Positions 8,847 to 19,143 of a DNA stretch of 64,000 bases are shown here, in pieces; position 1 is the first letter of the stretch, and every line of letters starts with the position of its first letter. A model generated the notes under the pieces. The model had not been told where the DNA came from, searched no databases, and was given only the letters and a program-made list of their open reading frames with translations. The position numbers were made by a program, and so were the translations under genes. The DNA is from an uncultured Saprospiraceae bacterium (GTDB lineage Bacteria > Bacteroidota > Bacteroidia > Chitinophagales > Saprospiraceae): the NCBI GenBank assembly GCA_938022165.1, contig CALIEI010000053.1, positions 2,111 to 66,110 of the forward strand, read 5' to 3'.

Positions 8847-10799
8847 ATGAATACATTGTTTAAAACCCTCTGTACTTTAATAATTTTCATAGGTATTTTG
8901 ACTACACTCATAGGTCAAAACAACGATATAGTTACCACCAACAACGCTAAACAATCTCTACAGATCGCCCAAGATCTGTTATCTAATGGTGAGAATCGAA
9001 AGGCTATTAAGCAATTAAAGCATACGATCAAGATAAAGAAAGAATTTGCAATTGCGCATAGACTATTAGGCAAAGCCTATTACGATATAGAAGAATTCGA
9101 ACTAGCAGTTGAAGCCCTTGAAAGATCATTTGATTTTGATCGTAAACTTTCCAGAGCCGCATTTTTTGAAATAGGTGACGCTTATCTACGACTACATAAT
9201 ACAGAGAAAGCAGAATACTACCTTGGCATCTATCAAGAGATGAAAGACAAGCGCTATGCAAATGCACAAAAAGAAAGCGGCTTAGAAAAATCGTACGACT
9301 TATACTATGAGGCGAAGTTGAACAATTTAGCTTACATAGAAACACTAGACACTACTCTAAACAAAGATATAATCATCTACCCTTTGACTAATGTAAATTC
9401 GGAAGACGACGAATATCTTCCAAGTTTAAGCAATGATGGTAGATATTTACTTTTTACCAGAGAAGTAGATAAGGTGCAAGAAGATATCTTTATCACAGAA
9501 CGAACAAAGGAAGGATGGGGCGACGCCAATGAAAATCCAATTCGCATAAATACTTCAAGAAACGAAGGCATGGCTAAATTCGAGCCGCACAATAGAAGAG
9601 TCTATTTTGCAGGCTGCCAGCGTAGTCCTGACAAGATTGATTGTGATATTTATGAAAGTGAGTTTAAAGATGGACAACTAGATAGCGAAAAACTAGCTGA
9701 TGACAAGATAAACTCTCCTTCTTGGGATTCACAGCCTTCCATTACTTGTGATGGCAATATATTGTTCTTTGCCTCTACACGCGAAGGTGGTATAGGCGGC
9801 TCCGATATATGGTTTTGCACAAAAGACGAAACAGGAAATTGGTCTTACCCTCAGAATGCTGGAGTCAACATTAATACGCCAGGAGACGAAGAAGCTCCAT
9901 TTGTCGCAAAAGATGGAATGCATTTATATTTCACTTCTAACTATCACCCCGGGCAAGGAGAGGGAGATTTCTTTGTGTCAAAAAATGAAAATGGGCATTG
10001 GGGACCTGCTATAAATTTGGGATATCCTATTAACTCTCCGGGAAAAGAACTTGGCCTATTTGTAACAGACAATACAGAGCATGTCTACTTTGCATCTGCT
10101 CGTGAAGGAGGTAAAGGAGGATTAGATTTATATTTTGCTAAAATGCCCGATTTAAATCGTCCCAAAAAAGTATTCCCTGTAGTTTTAAAAGTAATTGATA
10201 AGTTCACTAAAGAACATATACCCAATCAGCAAGTAATCGTTGGACACAACAATAAGAACTACAACTATACTAGTAATGATGAAGGCAATATCTATATGTG
10301 TCTAGCTGCCAATCAAGCCTATTCTTATCGCATCAGCAGAGAAGGATATAAGTTTTATGTCGAAGCGCACTTTCTAGAAGAATATATTCTAACCGCTGCA
10401 CAGACATTATACCTAGAAATGGAACCTAAGGTGGACAAGCCTGCATTTGTAGGTGAAGATCGTCATACTAAAACAATAGTGCAAGTTTATTTTGACGTCA
10501 ACTCTGCGGAGATTCCTGATAAAGATTTCGAAAAACTAGATCGCATCTCTCGGTTGATCAAAAAATATGATGATTGGAATGTAGAAGTTGTTGGCTTCGC
10601 AGATAGTACTGGAGACAAAGATTATAACTATAAACTTTCTCAGAAAAGAGCAGATAATGTAATAGCCTATCTGGCCACTAAAAGTACCCAAGAGATAAAA
10701 CAAAATATCCAGTCTTCTGCTCAAGGTGCAGTCACGCAAACCATGACTGAAGAAGAAAAGAAACAAAGTAGACGGGTAGATGTGATCTTGTCTCGCTAA
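8847..10799 (+). CDS. OmpA-family protein with N-terminal TPR and PD40/TolB-like beta-propeller repeats
   Basis: Signal peptide and TPR-like helices at the N-terminus. Repeated PD40-type motifs (EYLPSLSNDGRYLLFT, DSQPSITCDGNILFFAS, EEAPFVAKDGMHLYFTS, GKELGLFVTDNTEHVYFAS). C-terminal OmpA domain (VVGFADSTGDKDYNYKLSQKRADNV..RRVDVIL). Confidence 0.85.
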   Translation: MNTLFKTLCTLIIFIGILTTLIGQNNDIVTTNNAKQSLQIAQDLLSNGENRKAIKQLKHTIKIKKEFAIAHRLLGKAYYDIEEFELAVEALERSFDFDRKLSRAAFFEIGDAYLRLHNTEKAEYYLGIYQEMKDKRYANAQKESGLEKSYDLYYEAKLNNLAYIETLDTTLNKDIIIYPLTNVNSEDDEYLPSLSNDGRYLLFTREVDKVQEDIFITERTKEGWGDANENPIRINTSRNEGMAKFEPHNRRVYFAGCQRSPDKIDCDIYESEFKDGQLDSEKLADDKINSPSWDSQPSITCDGNILFFASTREGGIGGSDIWFCTKDETGNWSYPQNAGVNINTPGDEEAPFVAKDGMHLYFTSNYHPGQGEGDFFVSKNENGHWGPAINLGYPINSPGKELGLFVTDNTEHVYFASAREGGKGGLDLYFAKMPDLNRPKKVFPVVLKVIDKFTKEHIPNQQVIVGHNNKNYNYTSNDEGNIYMCLAANQAYSYRISREGYKFYVEAHFLEEYILTAAQTLYLEMEPKVDKPAFVGEDRHTKTIVQVYFDVNSAEIPDKDFEKLDRISRLIKKYDDWNVEVVGFADSTGDKDYNYKLSQKRADNVIAYLATKSTQEIKQNIQSSAQGAVTQTMTEEEKKQSRRVDVILSR

Positions 10800-11048
10800 T
10801 TAGAGATCCCCTGTAAAGCACGTTTTAGAATTAAATTACCTCATTTATGTTATTGCTTGTTAAGCATTTGGAATGCTGCCAAATTGAGCTTATTTTTGGA
10901 TATTACAATAGTGGAATGATTCGGTAATTTTTGAGAAATTATAAATCACAATGATTTAAGTGTTTGATCATCTACTACTTGGAAAACCAATCACTACGAA
11001 ACTCAGCATGCTGGTTGTCAGCGATTTAAAATTTATTACCGAACCATT

Positions 11049-12473
11049 GTGAGTGCAAAAGAAGATAAATTGGGAGACGCAAATACGAACACAAACCCCA
11101 CCTCAACATACAAAGTTTCAAGGTCCAAAGTTTTCTACGCTATAGCCTTTTTAGGGGTATTCGTTTATATGCTTTCTTATTTGGTAAGGGATAATACTAG
11201 TACCGCTACCCCACTTGTCAATGTAGATCAAGGCATTGGCTCTTTCCCTATTATTGAGCCTACTCAAAAATTTGGCTTTGTTTTAGACACATTTGATGTG
11301 TTTGAAGGAACCATCAAGGAAAATGAATTTCTTGCAGATATTTTATTGCAGCACAAAGTTGACTTTGTAGCTATTGATCGCTTAGCAAAGGAGACGAGAG
11401 ACATTCACGATGTACGTAGTCTTCGAGCAGATAAACCATATACTATCCTCAATAGAGACACTACTAACAGCGCTGATTATTTCATATTTGAACCTAATCC
11501 ATATCACTATGTAGTGTACGATTTAAAGGTGCCAGCAAAATCACAAAAAGTAAAACGCCCTATTGATAAGGTCATAAAAATGGCCTCTGGTGTCGTAGAT
11601 GGATCACTTTGGAATACTATGCAAGCCAATGGGCTCAATTATGAATTAACAACTAAAATGGAGGACGCTCTAGCTTGGTCTGTTGATTTTTATCATATCC
11701 AGAAAGGAGATAAATTCAAAGCCTACTATGAGCAAGATTTTATCGATGGTAAGTTAGTTGGTATAGGTAAACTATTTGGTGCCTATTATGAAAATGCAGA
11801 TCAAGAATACTACGCCGTTAATTTTGAAACGGAAAAACACCACGGCTTTTTTGACCTCAAAGGTAGACCTATGAAAAAGGCATTCTTAAAGGCTCCTGTC
11901 AAATACAGTAGAATCTCCTCTCGCTTTAGCAACAGAAGATTTCACCCTGTACTCAAAAGATACAAGTCGCATCTTGGTACTGACTATGCCGCTCCTAGAG
12001 GGACACCTATTATGAGTGTTGCTGATGGTGTGGTCACCAAAAGAGCATTTACAAGAAACAATGGAAATTATGTAAAGATAAAGCATGACAAAGTCTACTC
12101 TACTCAATACCTACATATGTCTAAGTTCAAAAAAGATGTCAAAGTGGGGACTCGTGTTAAGCAAGGAGATGTCATTGGCTATGTTGGTAAAACGGGACTT
12201 GCCACTGGCAATCACGTTTGCTATCGTTTCTGGAAAAATGGAAAACAAGTTGATCCGCGTAGACAAAATCTTCCACCGCCTGATCCTATGCCAGAGAAGG
12301 ATCTTCCTGAATACTTTAAGGTAAGGGATAGCATCAAGCATATTTTAGATCAAATAGAGTTTAAAGAATTTCCAATCGCAACAGATGAAGAGTCTGATGA
12401 AAAAGTAGAAGGGGAAGAATCTGAAGCAGAAAAAACAGCTGTAAAGACTGAGGGCGACGACCAAGCAATTTAG
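11049..12473 (+). CDS. M23 family peptidoglycan metalloendopeptidase
   Basis: HLGTDYAAPRGTPIMSVADGVV and TGLATGNHVCYRFWKNGKQVDP match the M23 HxxxD / HxH-region motifs. N-terminal TM anchor, GTG start. Confidence 0.85.
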   Translation: MSAKEDKLGDANTNTNPTSTYKVSRSKVFYAIAFLGVFVYMLSYLVRDNTSTATPLVNVDQGIGSFPIIEPTQKFGFVLDTFDVFEGTIKENEFLADILLQHKVDFVAIDRLAKETRDIHDVRSLRADKPYTILNRDTTNSADYFIFEPNPYHYVVYDLKVPAKSQKVKRPIDKVIKMASGVVDGSLWNTMQANGLNYELTTKMEDALAWSVDFYHIQKGDKFKAYYEQDFIDGKLVGIGKLFGAYYENADQEYYAVNFETEKHHGFFDLKGRPMKKAFLKAPVKYSRISSRFSNRRFHPVLKRYKSHLGTDYAAPRGTPIMSVADGVVTKRAFTRNNGNYVKIKHDKVYSTQYLHMSKFKKDVKVGTRVKQGDVIGYVGKTGLATGNHVCYRFWKNGKQVDPRRQNLPPPDPMPEKDLPEYFKVRDSIKHILDQIEFKEFPIATDEESDEKVEGEESEAEKTAVKTEGDDQAI

Positions 12474-12503
12474 TTTCTGTTTATTACCAATATTTACCTG
12501 TCG

Positions 12504-13556
12504 CTATAGAACTCTTTTAAGCGTAAAACCAAAGGTAGTTCCTATTTCTGGGGAGCTACGTACATGTATAGTTTGTTTGTGCGCTTCGATAATATGCTTT
12601 ACAATAGAAAGCCCCAAACCAGAACCTCCAATATCTCTAGATCGATGCGCATCTGCACGATAAAAACGATCAAATAAATGAGGCAAATGCTTTTCCTCAA
12701 TCCCTGGCCCATTATCCGCGATCTCAATCAATACATTCTGCCCCATTTCATAAAAGCTCGCTTTCACACGACCATTTTCTTCATTATATTTCACTGCGTT
12801 GGTGATCAGATTCATTAGTACTCGCCTAATATTTTCTTTATCGGCTATTACTGTAAACGTCTTCGCCGTAGTCTCGTTGAACTGTAGCGAAATATTTTTA
12901 GACTTAGTTATGAACACCTGATCTTTATATACCTCTTCTACCAAGCTTCTAATGTCAAACTCTTCTATTTCCAATTCCAACTGACCAGATTCCAGTCTAG
13001 ATATTTCGGTGAGATCATCTACGATGACCTGCAAGCGTTCGGCATTATTAGCCGCTCTCTTTAGATAGTCTACATTGATGTTTTCATCATACATGCCGCC
13101 TTCTATCAGGGTATGTATATATCCTTGAATATTAAAAATAGGTGTCTTTAGCTCGTGTGAAATGTTTCCCAAAAATTCTCTACGATAATTTTCAAGAGAC
13201 TTCAAAGTTTGGATTTCTTTGTCTTGATCCGTTACAAACTTGTTCACATCTTTTTCTACTTGATCCATAGCATCATCCGTTGCAAACATAGTCCCCTTTT
13301 CACTTTTGCCCGCCAACTTAATATTATGAATATTTTTGTAGATCAGCTTTATCCGTTCATGGACAAAAAGCTTTATAGCCATCAATACTATCCCGTAGGT
13401 ACAAAGCATGCTGATGACAACAAATAAGCCGATACGAATCATTCCTGATTGTGAACCTAAGACCGTTTCTTGTACTAAGAAATACAGCGTAAATACCAGC
13501 GTTATCGCAATACTAGTATAGATAGCAATCTTACGAAGACTGGGGTTTTTGAACAT
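12504..13556 (-). CDS. sensor histidine kinase (PhoR/BaeS-like, HisKA + HATPase_c)
   Basis: Two N-terminal TM helices. H-box FLGNISHELKTP, N-box NLITNAVKYN, G1 DNGPGI, G2 GGSGLGLSIV. Confidence 0.9.
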   Translation of the reverse strand: MFKNPSLRKIAIYTSIAITLVFTLYFLVQETVLGSQSGMIRIGLFVVISMLCTYGIVLMAIKLFVHERIKLIYKNIHNIKLAGKSEKGTMFATDDAMDQVEKDVNKFVTDQDKEIQTLKSLENYRREFLGNISHELKTPIFNIQGYIHTLIEGGMYDENINVDYLKRAANNAERLQVIVDDLTEISRLESGQLELEIEEFDIRSLVEEVYKDQVFITKSKNISLQFNETTAKTFTVIADKENIRRVLMNLITNAVKYNEENGRVKASFYEMGQNVLIEIADNGPGIEEKHLPHLFDRFYRADAHRSRDIGGSGLGLSIVKHIIEAHKQTIHVRSSPEIGTTFGFTLKRVL

Positions 13557-13568
13557 TACTTTTTGAAA

Positions 13569-14273
13569 TTATACATTAAGCTTGTATCCGATACCCTTCA
13601 CGGTCTTGATACATTTGTCTCCAAGTTTCTCTCTTATTTTACGGATGTGGACATCGATAGTTCTATTACCAACGATCACATCAAAGCCCCAGACCTTAGC
13701 AAATATTTCCTCTCTTGTAAATACCTTTCCAGGCTTTGAGGCAAGCAATTTGAGCAACTCAAATTCCTTCTTTACCATATCTACATCCTTACCATCTTTT
13801 TGGACGATGAATCTTTCACTGTCTATGGTGATATCTTTAAATTTAATCAGGGCATTATTGCTCTGCTTATTGTCAGCATTTGGCCTTCTTCTCAAGAGCG
13901 CTTTTATCCTACTCATCAATACTTTTGGAAGTATAGGCTTGGTGATATAATCATCCCCTCCATAATCCAATGCGGCTACTTGCGAATAATCTTCACTTCT
14001 TGCCGTCAAAAAGGCAATTATTGTATTGTCAAATTTTGAGTCTGCACGCAAGCGTTGACAAACTTCTACCCCATCCATTTTAGGCATCATAATATCCAAT
14101 AATATCAGATCAGGATGCTCTACTTCCGCTACTTCAAGCGCCTCTAATCCATTATTTGCCATGAATACTTGATACCCAGCATTTGTCGTGTTATAGCGAA
14201 TAAACTCCACTATATCTGGCTCGTCATCTACGATCAATATCTTAATATTCCCTGGTGCAGTATTGTCAATCAT
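13569..14273 (-). CDS. OmpR/PhoB-family response regulator
   Basis: REC domain (ILIVDDEPDI, DLILLDIMMPKMDG, receiver Lys in ITKP). C-terminal winged-helix (REEIFAKVWG..NRTIDVHIRKIREKL..GIGYKL). Lies 12 nt upstream of the kinase. Confidence 0.9.
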   Translation of the reverse strand: MIDNTAPGNIKILIVDDEPDIVEFIRYNTTNAGYQVFMANNGLEALEVAEVEHPDLILLDIMMPKMDGVEVCQRLRADSKFDNTIIAFLTARSEDYSQVAALDYGGDDYITKPILPKVLMSRIKALLRRRPNADNKQSNNALIKFKDITIDSERFIVQKDGKDVDMVKKEFELLKLLASKPGKVFTREEIFAKVWGFDVIVGNRTIDVHIRKIREKLGDKCIKTVKGIGYKLNV

Positions 14274-14741
14274 TTTTTCTCAATTACCGAAATGCTAAAT
14301 TAATAAGAATTTTTAGGTTTGGTTTGGCAATTCTATTTTAAAGGCTTGGGCGCTTTAACCGGTCATCCGCTTGTATTCACTATTCTATACTACTATTCAG
14401 CTATGTGCTAGAGTCATATTCACTCATCGTTCATCTACCTCTAGCAAAAGCTTCATTAGTAGTCTAGATTAGCTCATATCGCTTCTACCCGGAGCGCAAA
14501 AGGATCAAATTTACTCAAAAACTACTGATATAGTATGAATTACATAAAAACTAAAGGTTAAGAATAAAATAGCGTTAAATAAACGAAATAGTATGTTTAT
14601 GTCATTATATATCGCTTTAAATAGTCCAGTGCGTAAATATTCGGGCTCGGTCTAAAATTTGAACTTAACCCAGTATTATTATTCTCTTATTAGTTGAAAG
14701 TAAGGTCACCTTTTGATCACCCCCCGATCAAATTGGAAACC

Positions 14742-15113
14742 TTACTTTTTTTTATGTTTATACTTCTCTTTATAGGATTTTTTCTCCATCGTATCTAACC
14801 TCACCAAAACTTCATTATAGAATTTCGATAAATAATTTGGATTATTTTCTAATACCTCCAAACTATTCCGAAAATCTGATTCACTTATTTGATGTTTCTC
14901 ATATACTTGATCATAATACAATTTAGCAAGACTGTCTTTAAGATCAAGTGGAGCATTCTGAATAGCTCCTTCTAGAATATGCACATCGCATAAGATGTCA
15001 ATCAACTTTTTATCTTCAATGGGTAGCTGCATGCTTTTATTTCCACACGAACATAGAAGAAACGTAAAGCAGAATAAAAATACCTGGATAAAAATTTTGA
15101 TAAGATTAAACAT
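14742..15113 (-). CDS. DUF4296-like lipoprotein
   Basis: The internal ATG at 15113 gives a lipoprotein signal, MFNLIKIFIQVFLFCFTFLLCSCG. The motif LIDILCDVHILEGA is typical of DUF4296. Confidence 0.55.
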   Translation of the reverse strand: MFNLIKIFIQVFLFCFTFLLCSCGNKSMQLPIEDKKLIDILCDVHILEGAIQNAPLDLKDSLAKLYYDQVYEKHQISESDFRNSLEVLENNPNYLSKFYNEVLVRLDTMEKKSYKEKYKHKKK

Positions 15114-15600
15114 ACAATTTAGGGTATATGAACGCAACTCTTTTTGTGTTAGTTGGTTCCAATTCCATCCAAGAACTAGCTGTTGACTCTAGCATAATTA
15201 ATCCACAAGTAGGTACATTATCAATCATATCCCCATTAAAAGAGTTTGCCAGGTACGTGGTTGTTGGATTGTGTCCGAATATCAAAGCAAAAGATACTTT
15301 ATCATCTATCATGGAAATACAATTCATAACATCCTCGATGGAGGCATGATATAAGTCACCATTTTTTTCCAATTGGCCCTCTTTTAGAGACATTTCCTCC
15401 TGAAAGGTTTTGGCAGTCGTATAAGCCCTAAGTGCCGTACTCGAAAGCAATAAATCAGGCACACCAAACAATTCTTGTGCTTTTGCCGCCATGATAGGTG
15501 CATCTCTTTTGCCTCTCTTATTTAAAGGCCGATCATGATCATTCAGATCAGGATAGTCCCAGCTAGATTTAGCATGTCTTACCAATCCAAGTCTAAGCAT
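15106..15600 (-). CDS. sixA: histidine phosphatase family protein (SixA-like phosphohistidine phosphatase)
   Basis: Catalytic RHAKS motif (LVRHAKSSW) and FGHNP motif. The 164-aa length is typical of SixA. Confidence 0.75.
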   Translation of the reverse strand: MLRLGLVRHAKSSWDYPDLNDHDRPLNKRGKRDAPIMAAKAQELFGVPDLLLSSTALRAYTTAKTFQEEMSLKEGQLEKNGDLYHASIEDVMNCISMIDDKVSFALIFGHNPTTTYLANSFNGDMIDNVPTCGLIMLESTASSWMELEPTNTKRVAFIYPKLYV

Positions 15601-15730
15601 ATTTAATTTTAAAAATTATGGAGTTAACATTTTAAAAAAGCACTAAACTAAACAAATAATTTACTGTTTAAGGTTTTAGTAAACTTAATCTTTCATCAAA
15701 AAACCGGAATTTAGACTATATTCGAAGCTT

Positions 15731-17416
15731 ATGGGTTTTCAGCTAGCATATATCGAACTTCAAGTGTCAAATGAAATATATGAAATAGCCGAAAGACAGC
15801 TCGAAAGAAACTGCCTCACATCCTACTATAAGGCGGATAACTCACTGTGGACTGGAACTATAAATCTGGGTTCTAATTTTGAAGTTGAAGTAAAAGTAAA
15901 AGGTGGCAATGTGATCAACTTTAGCTGTGACTGCAACGACTACACCATAAAATCACCCTGTGTCCACATTACTACTTTACTGATTCAACTGAGAAGAGAC
16001 CTGAATCAAAATATTGAAGCCCCAAAAAAAGCAAAAGAAACACAGGCTCAAAAAATAAAAATTTCGAAGCTATTAGAAAGTGTCGAAAAAGAAGATCTCT
16101 CTATTTTCATTCAGCAATATGCCAGAAAAAATAAAGGCTTTGCCAATGAGTTGAAGGCATTTTTGTCTTCGTCCATGTCAGATATTATAGAAACCTCTTA
16201 CTATTCGCAGCTGATATTTTCTGCCATGCGGATCAATCGCAAAAAAGATAATACCATCAGCATAAAAGGTGCCTCTCACATCAAAACCATCACCGAAGAA
16301 CTTTGGCTGCAAAGTCAAGATAAAATAGCAGCCAAAAAATACACTGAAGCAACAGCTATATTAAAAGCTCTGGCTTTGCAGTTGCCAATAATAATTGATA
16401 AGGTTTCAGATATTATTTTTTTCAGTAAACTTTTTTCGGATACCATCATCTCTTTCAACTCTTTTCCGAAGAACTTGATAAGTCCTGAATTAACAATTGA
16501 AATTTTCACTTTCCTAAACGAGGAATTGCCATTAAACACTATAGTAACCAATCAATTGGGTAAAGTGTACTTTGACACCTTACTTGAGATGGCTGACACT
16601 AAAGAAAAAAGAGAACAGCTAAAAACTACTTTAAGGAACGCTAAAAGACAAGCTTCAAAATGGTCAAAGAAAAACTATATCCGTCTCATTTTGATTGAGC
16701 TAAAATTAGCTACCGAAGAAGGTAACAAGGAGCAAGCCGAAAAATTAATCAACAATCATTTATCGCATCCGGATATCTTATTTCATGTCATCCAAGAAGC
16801 TGAACAAGAAGGAGATTGGCTGCAAGTAAGAAAATTTGCAAAGATTGGAATTAAGCAAAAATTAAACCCTAGTTTAAATAAAGTGCTATACCAATATCTT
16901 TATCAAGAAGCATTAACAAATAAAAGTAAGACCAGAATACTTAAATACGCAGAGCTACTATTTTTACACACATATGAGCTTCAGTACTTGGCTAAGATGC
17001 TTGAAAACGTAGCTGAAAAAGACCTGCAGCTAACCTTACGAAAAGTACTAATTAAAATGCATAGTACCCCTTTCCATATCCGAAAGAAAGAGGCTATCGC
17101 AGAAATATACTTACAACTTGATGATCAAGATGCGCTTTTTGAATACATAGAAAGGATAAAATCTCTTGACTTACTCCAGTTTGTAAGTGAAAGACTAATA
17201 GACACGCGCAAATCAAAAATTACTGAACTATATATCAGTTTAATAAAAGACTATTTGGCTTATCATTTGGGCCCAATACCCATCCTCAAAGTACGTAAAA
17301 CCCTACTTCACCTCAGAAAGATGGGCGCACACAACATGGTGCATAAAATCACAGATGCACTAGCTCTCGAATTTTCTGAGCGCTCTGCCCTACTAGAAGA
17401 ATTAGAAATTCTGTAG
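15731..17416 (+). CDS. SWIM zinc-finger domain protein, otherwise helical and uncharacterised
   Basis: CxC..CxH SWIM signature FSCDCNDYTIKSPCVHI near the N-terminus. The remaining ~480 aa are Leu/Lys/Glu-rich and look helical. Confidence 0.6.
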   Translation: MGFQLAYIELQVSNEIYEIAERQLERNCLTSYYKADNSLWTGTINLGSNFEVEVKVKGGNVINFSCDCNDYTIKSPCVHITTLLIQLRRDLNQNIEAPKKAKETQAQKIKISKLLESVEKEDLSIFIQQYARKNKGFANELKAFLSSSMSDIIETSYYSQLIFSAMRINRKKDNTISIKGASHIKTITEELWLQSQDKIAAKKYTEATAILKALALQLPIIIDKVSDIIFFSKLFSDTIISFNSFPKNLISPELTIEIFTFLNEELPLNTIVTNQLGKVYFDTLLEMADTKEKREQLKTTLRNAKRQASKWSKKNYIRLILIELKLATEEGNKEQAEKLINNHLSHPDILFHVIQEAEQEGDWLQVRKFAKIGIKQKLNPSLNKVLYQYLYQEALTNKSKTRILKYAELLFLHTYELQYLAKMLENVAEKDLQLTLRKVLIKMHSTPFHIRKKEAIAEIYLQLDDQDALFEYIERIKSLDLLQFVSERLIDTRKSKITELYISLIKDYLAYHLGPIPILKVRKTLLHLRKMGAHNMVHKITDALALEFSERSALLEELEIL

Positions 17417-17425
17417 TTTTACTGC

Positions 17426-17899
17426 ATGAAATGCGAATTATGGTGGGTAGGTAAAACGAATGCAGACTATCTCAAAGAAGGTATTGCTGTTTATACCAAA
17501 AGACTATCTAGGTACACCTCATTTGCCATCAAGGAAATAGCCGACCAGAAAAATGCCAAAAACCTTTCTACTAAAGAACTAAAAAATAAAGAAGGTCTGA
17601 GCATTTTGGAGAGACTTGAGCCCAAAGACTACGTCATACTATTGGACGAAAATGGAAAATCATACACTTCAGTGCAATTCGCTAAACAAATTGAAAAATT
17701 GCAAAACGCTAGCTATCAAAAAATAATCTTTATTATTGGTGGTGCTTATGGCTTTTCTGAGGCTTTATATCAACGATCGCAGACTAAAATGGCATTGTCT
17801 ACAATGACTTTTTCGCACCAAATGGTCCGCATGATCTTTTGTGAACAATTGTATCGTGCCTTTAGTATAAATAATAACGAACCTTATCATCATCAATAG
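17426..17899 (+). CDS. rlmH: 23S rRNA (pseudouridine1915-N3)-methyltransferase RlmH
   Basis: 157-aa SPOUT-type protein. IIGGAYGF and LSTMTFSHQMVRMIFCEQLYRAF match the RlmH C-terminal knot region. Confidence 0.9.
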   Translation: MKCELWWVGKTNADYLKEGIAVYTKRLSRYTSFAIKEIADQKNAKNLSTKELKNKEGLSILERLEPKDYVILLDENGKSYTSVQFAKQIEKLQNASYQKIIFIIGGAYGFSEALYQRSQTKMALSTMTFSHQMVRMIFCEQLYRAFSINNNEPYHHQ

Positions 17900-17901
17900 C
17901 T

Positions 17902-18573
17902 ATGCAGGAAATTCTTCAATATTATCCACTTACAGCGGCTATCATAGCCATAACATGTATCATTTCATACTTGGCTTTTGAAAATAGAGAACTGCTGGAC
18001 AAGCTTATTTTTCACCCTTATACTGTAGCTAGAGACAGTGGAGAAAGAGTGCGATTTCTTACCAATGGATTTATTCATGCAGATATGATGCACCTTGGTA
18101 TCAACATGTATGTACTATACATGTTTGGCGGAACTATGGAACGCATTTTCGTTGCTGATCTCTTTGGTCCTGTGATTGGAAGAGTAGCCTACTTAGCTTT
18201 ATACTTCGGTGCTGTTATCGTAGCTTGTTTTCCTTCTTATAGAAAACATAAAAACAATCCAAATTATAGATCGCTGGGCGCTTCAGGTGGAACCTCTGCT
18301 ATATTGCTAGCTTATTGTTTATTCTACCCTTGGGCATGGTTATTATTGATGTTTGTTCTCCCTGTTCCTGCTATTGTTGCAGCTATCGGCTACTTATGGT
18401 ACAGCTCATATATGAGTAAAAAAGCCTCTGACAATATTGCCCATGACGCCCATTTAGGCGGTGCAGTTTTTGGAATCTTTTTTACCTTGGTAGTAATTTT
18501 TGCATTTGCACCGGAGATTGTCCCAAATATGATTGAAGGTATTTTACAAGGGCCCGGTATGCCAAACTTTTAA
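17902..18573 (+). CDS. rhomboid family intramembrane serine protease
   Basis: Multi-pass membrane protein with the catalytic GASGG motif (SLGASGGTSAIL), a downstream His (AHDAHLGGAVFG) and HADMMHLGINM. Confidence 0.85.
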   Translation: MQEILQYYPLTAAIIAITCIISYLAFENRELLDKLIFHPYTVARDSGERVRFLTNGFIHADMMHLGINMYVLYMFGGTMERIFVADLFGPVIGRVAYLALYFGAVIVACFPSYRKHKNNPNYRSLGASGGTSAILLAYCLFYPWAWLLLMFVLPVPAIVAAIGYLWYSSYMSKKASDNIAHDAHLGGAVFGIFFTLVVIFAFAPEIVPNMIEGILQGPGMPNF

Positions 18574-18579
18574 ATAAAT

Positions 18580-19143
18580 ATGTCAACAGACTTAGATAAA
18601 AACCCATGGCAAACACTCTCTATCGAAGAACGATATGACAACCCATGGATCAATATAACGCATAGAGAGGTGCTAAATCCAGCCGGAGGTCCTGGCATCT
18701 ACGGCTTAGTGCATTTCAAAAATGTAGCGGTCGGTGTACTTCCATTAGACAAAGACTACAATACTTGGATTGTAGGTCAATATCGATACACGCTAGAGGA
18801 ATACAGCTGGGAAATCCCTGAAGGAGGTGCTCCACTTGGTGAAGATCCACTAGACGCAGCCAAGCGAGAACTTAAAGAAGAGACGGGAATAGAAGCGACC
18901 AAGTGGACCCAGATCCTAGAATTAAACACTTCCAATAGTGTAACTGACGAATATGGAGTCGCTTATATAGCTCAAGATCTACAATTCGGAGAATCCGAAC
19001 CAGAAGATACCGAAGACCTTATCGTAAAAAAGATTCCTTTTTCTGAACTGTATCAAATGGTAATGGACGGCAAAGTCAAAGATGCACTTAGCATGGTGGC
19101 CGTTTTGAAGGCTAAGGCATTGATAGATTCAAATATGATTTGA
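18580..19143 (+). CDS. NUDIX hydrolase (ADP-ribose pyrophosphatase-like)
   Basis: Nudix box EGGAPLGEDPLDAAKRELKEETGI. Confidence 0.85.
   Translation: MSTDLDKNPWQTLSIEERYDNPWINITHREVLNPAGGPGIYGLVHFKNVAVGVLPLDKDYNTWIVGQYRYTLEEYSWEIPEGGAPLGEDPLDAAKRELKEETGIEATKWTQILELNTSNSVTDEYGVAYIAQDLQFGESEPEDTEDLIVKKIPFSELYQMVMDGKVKDALSMVAVLKAKALIDSNMI

Noticed and set aside
10938-10960. AATTATAAATCACAATGATTTAAG looks like an IS excision footprint: the target ATTATAAAT, then the IS end nucleotides CAC..AATG, then a partial target.
   Set aside because: Only 3-4 nt match each IS end and the second target copy is imperfect. The match is too short to distinguish from chance in AT-rich DNA.
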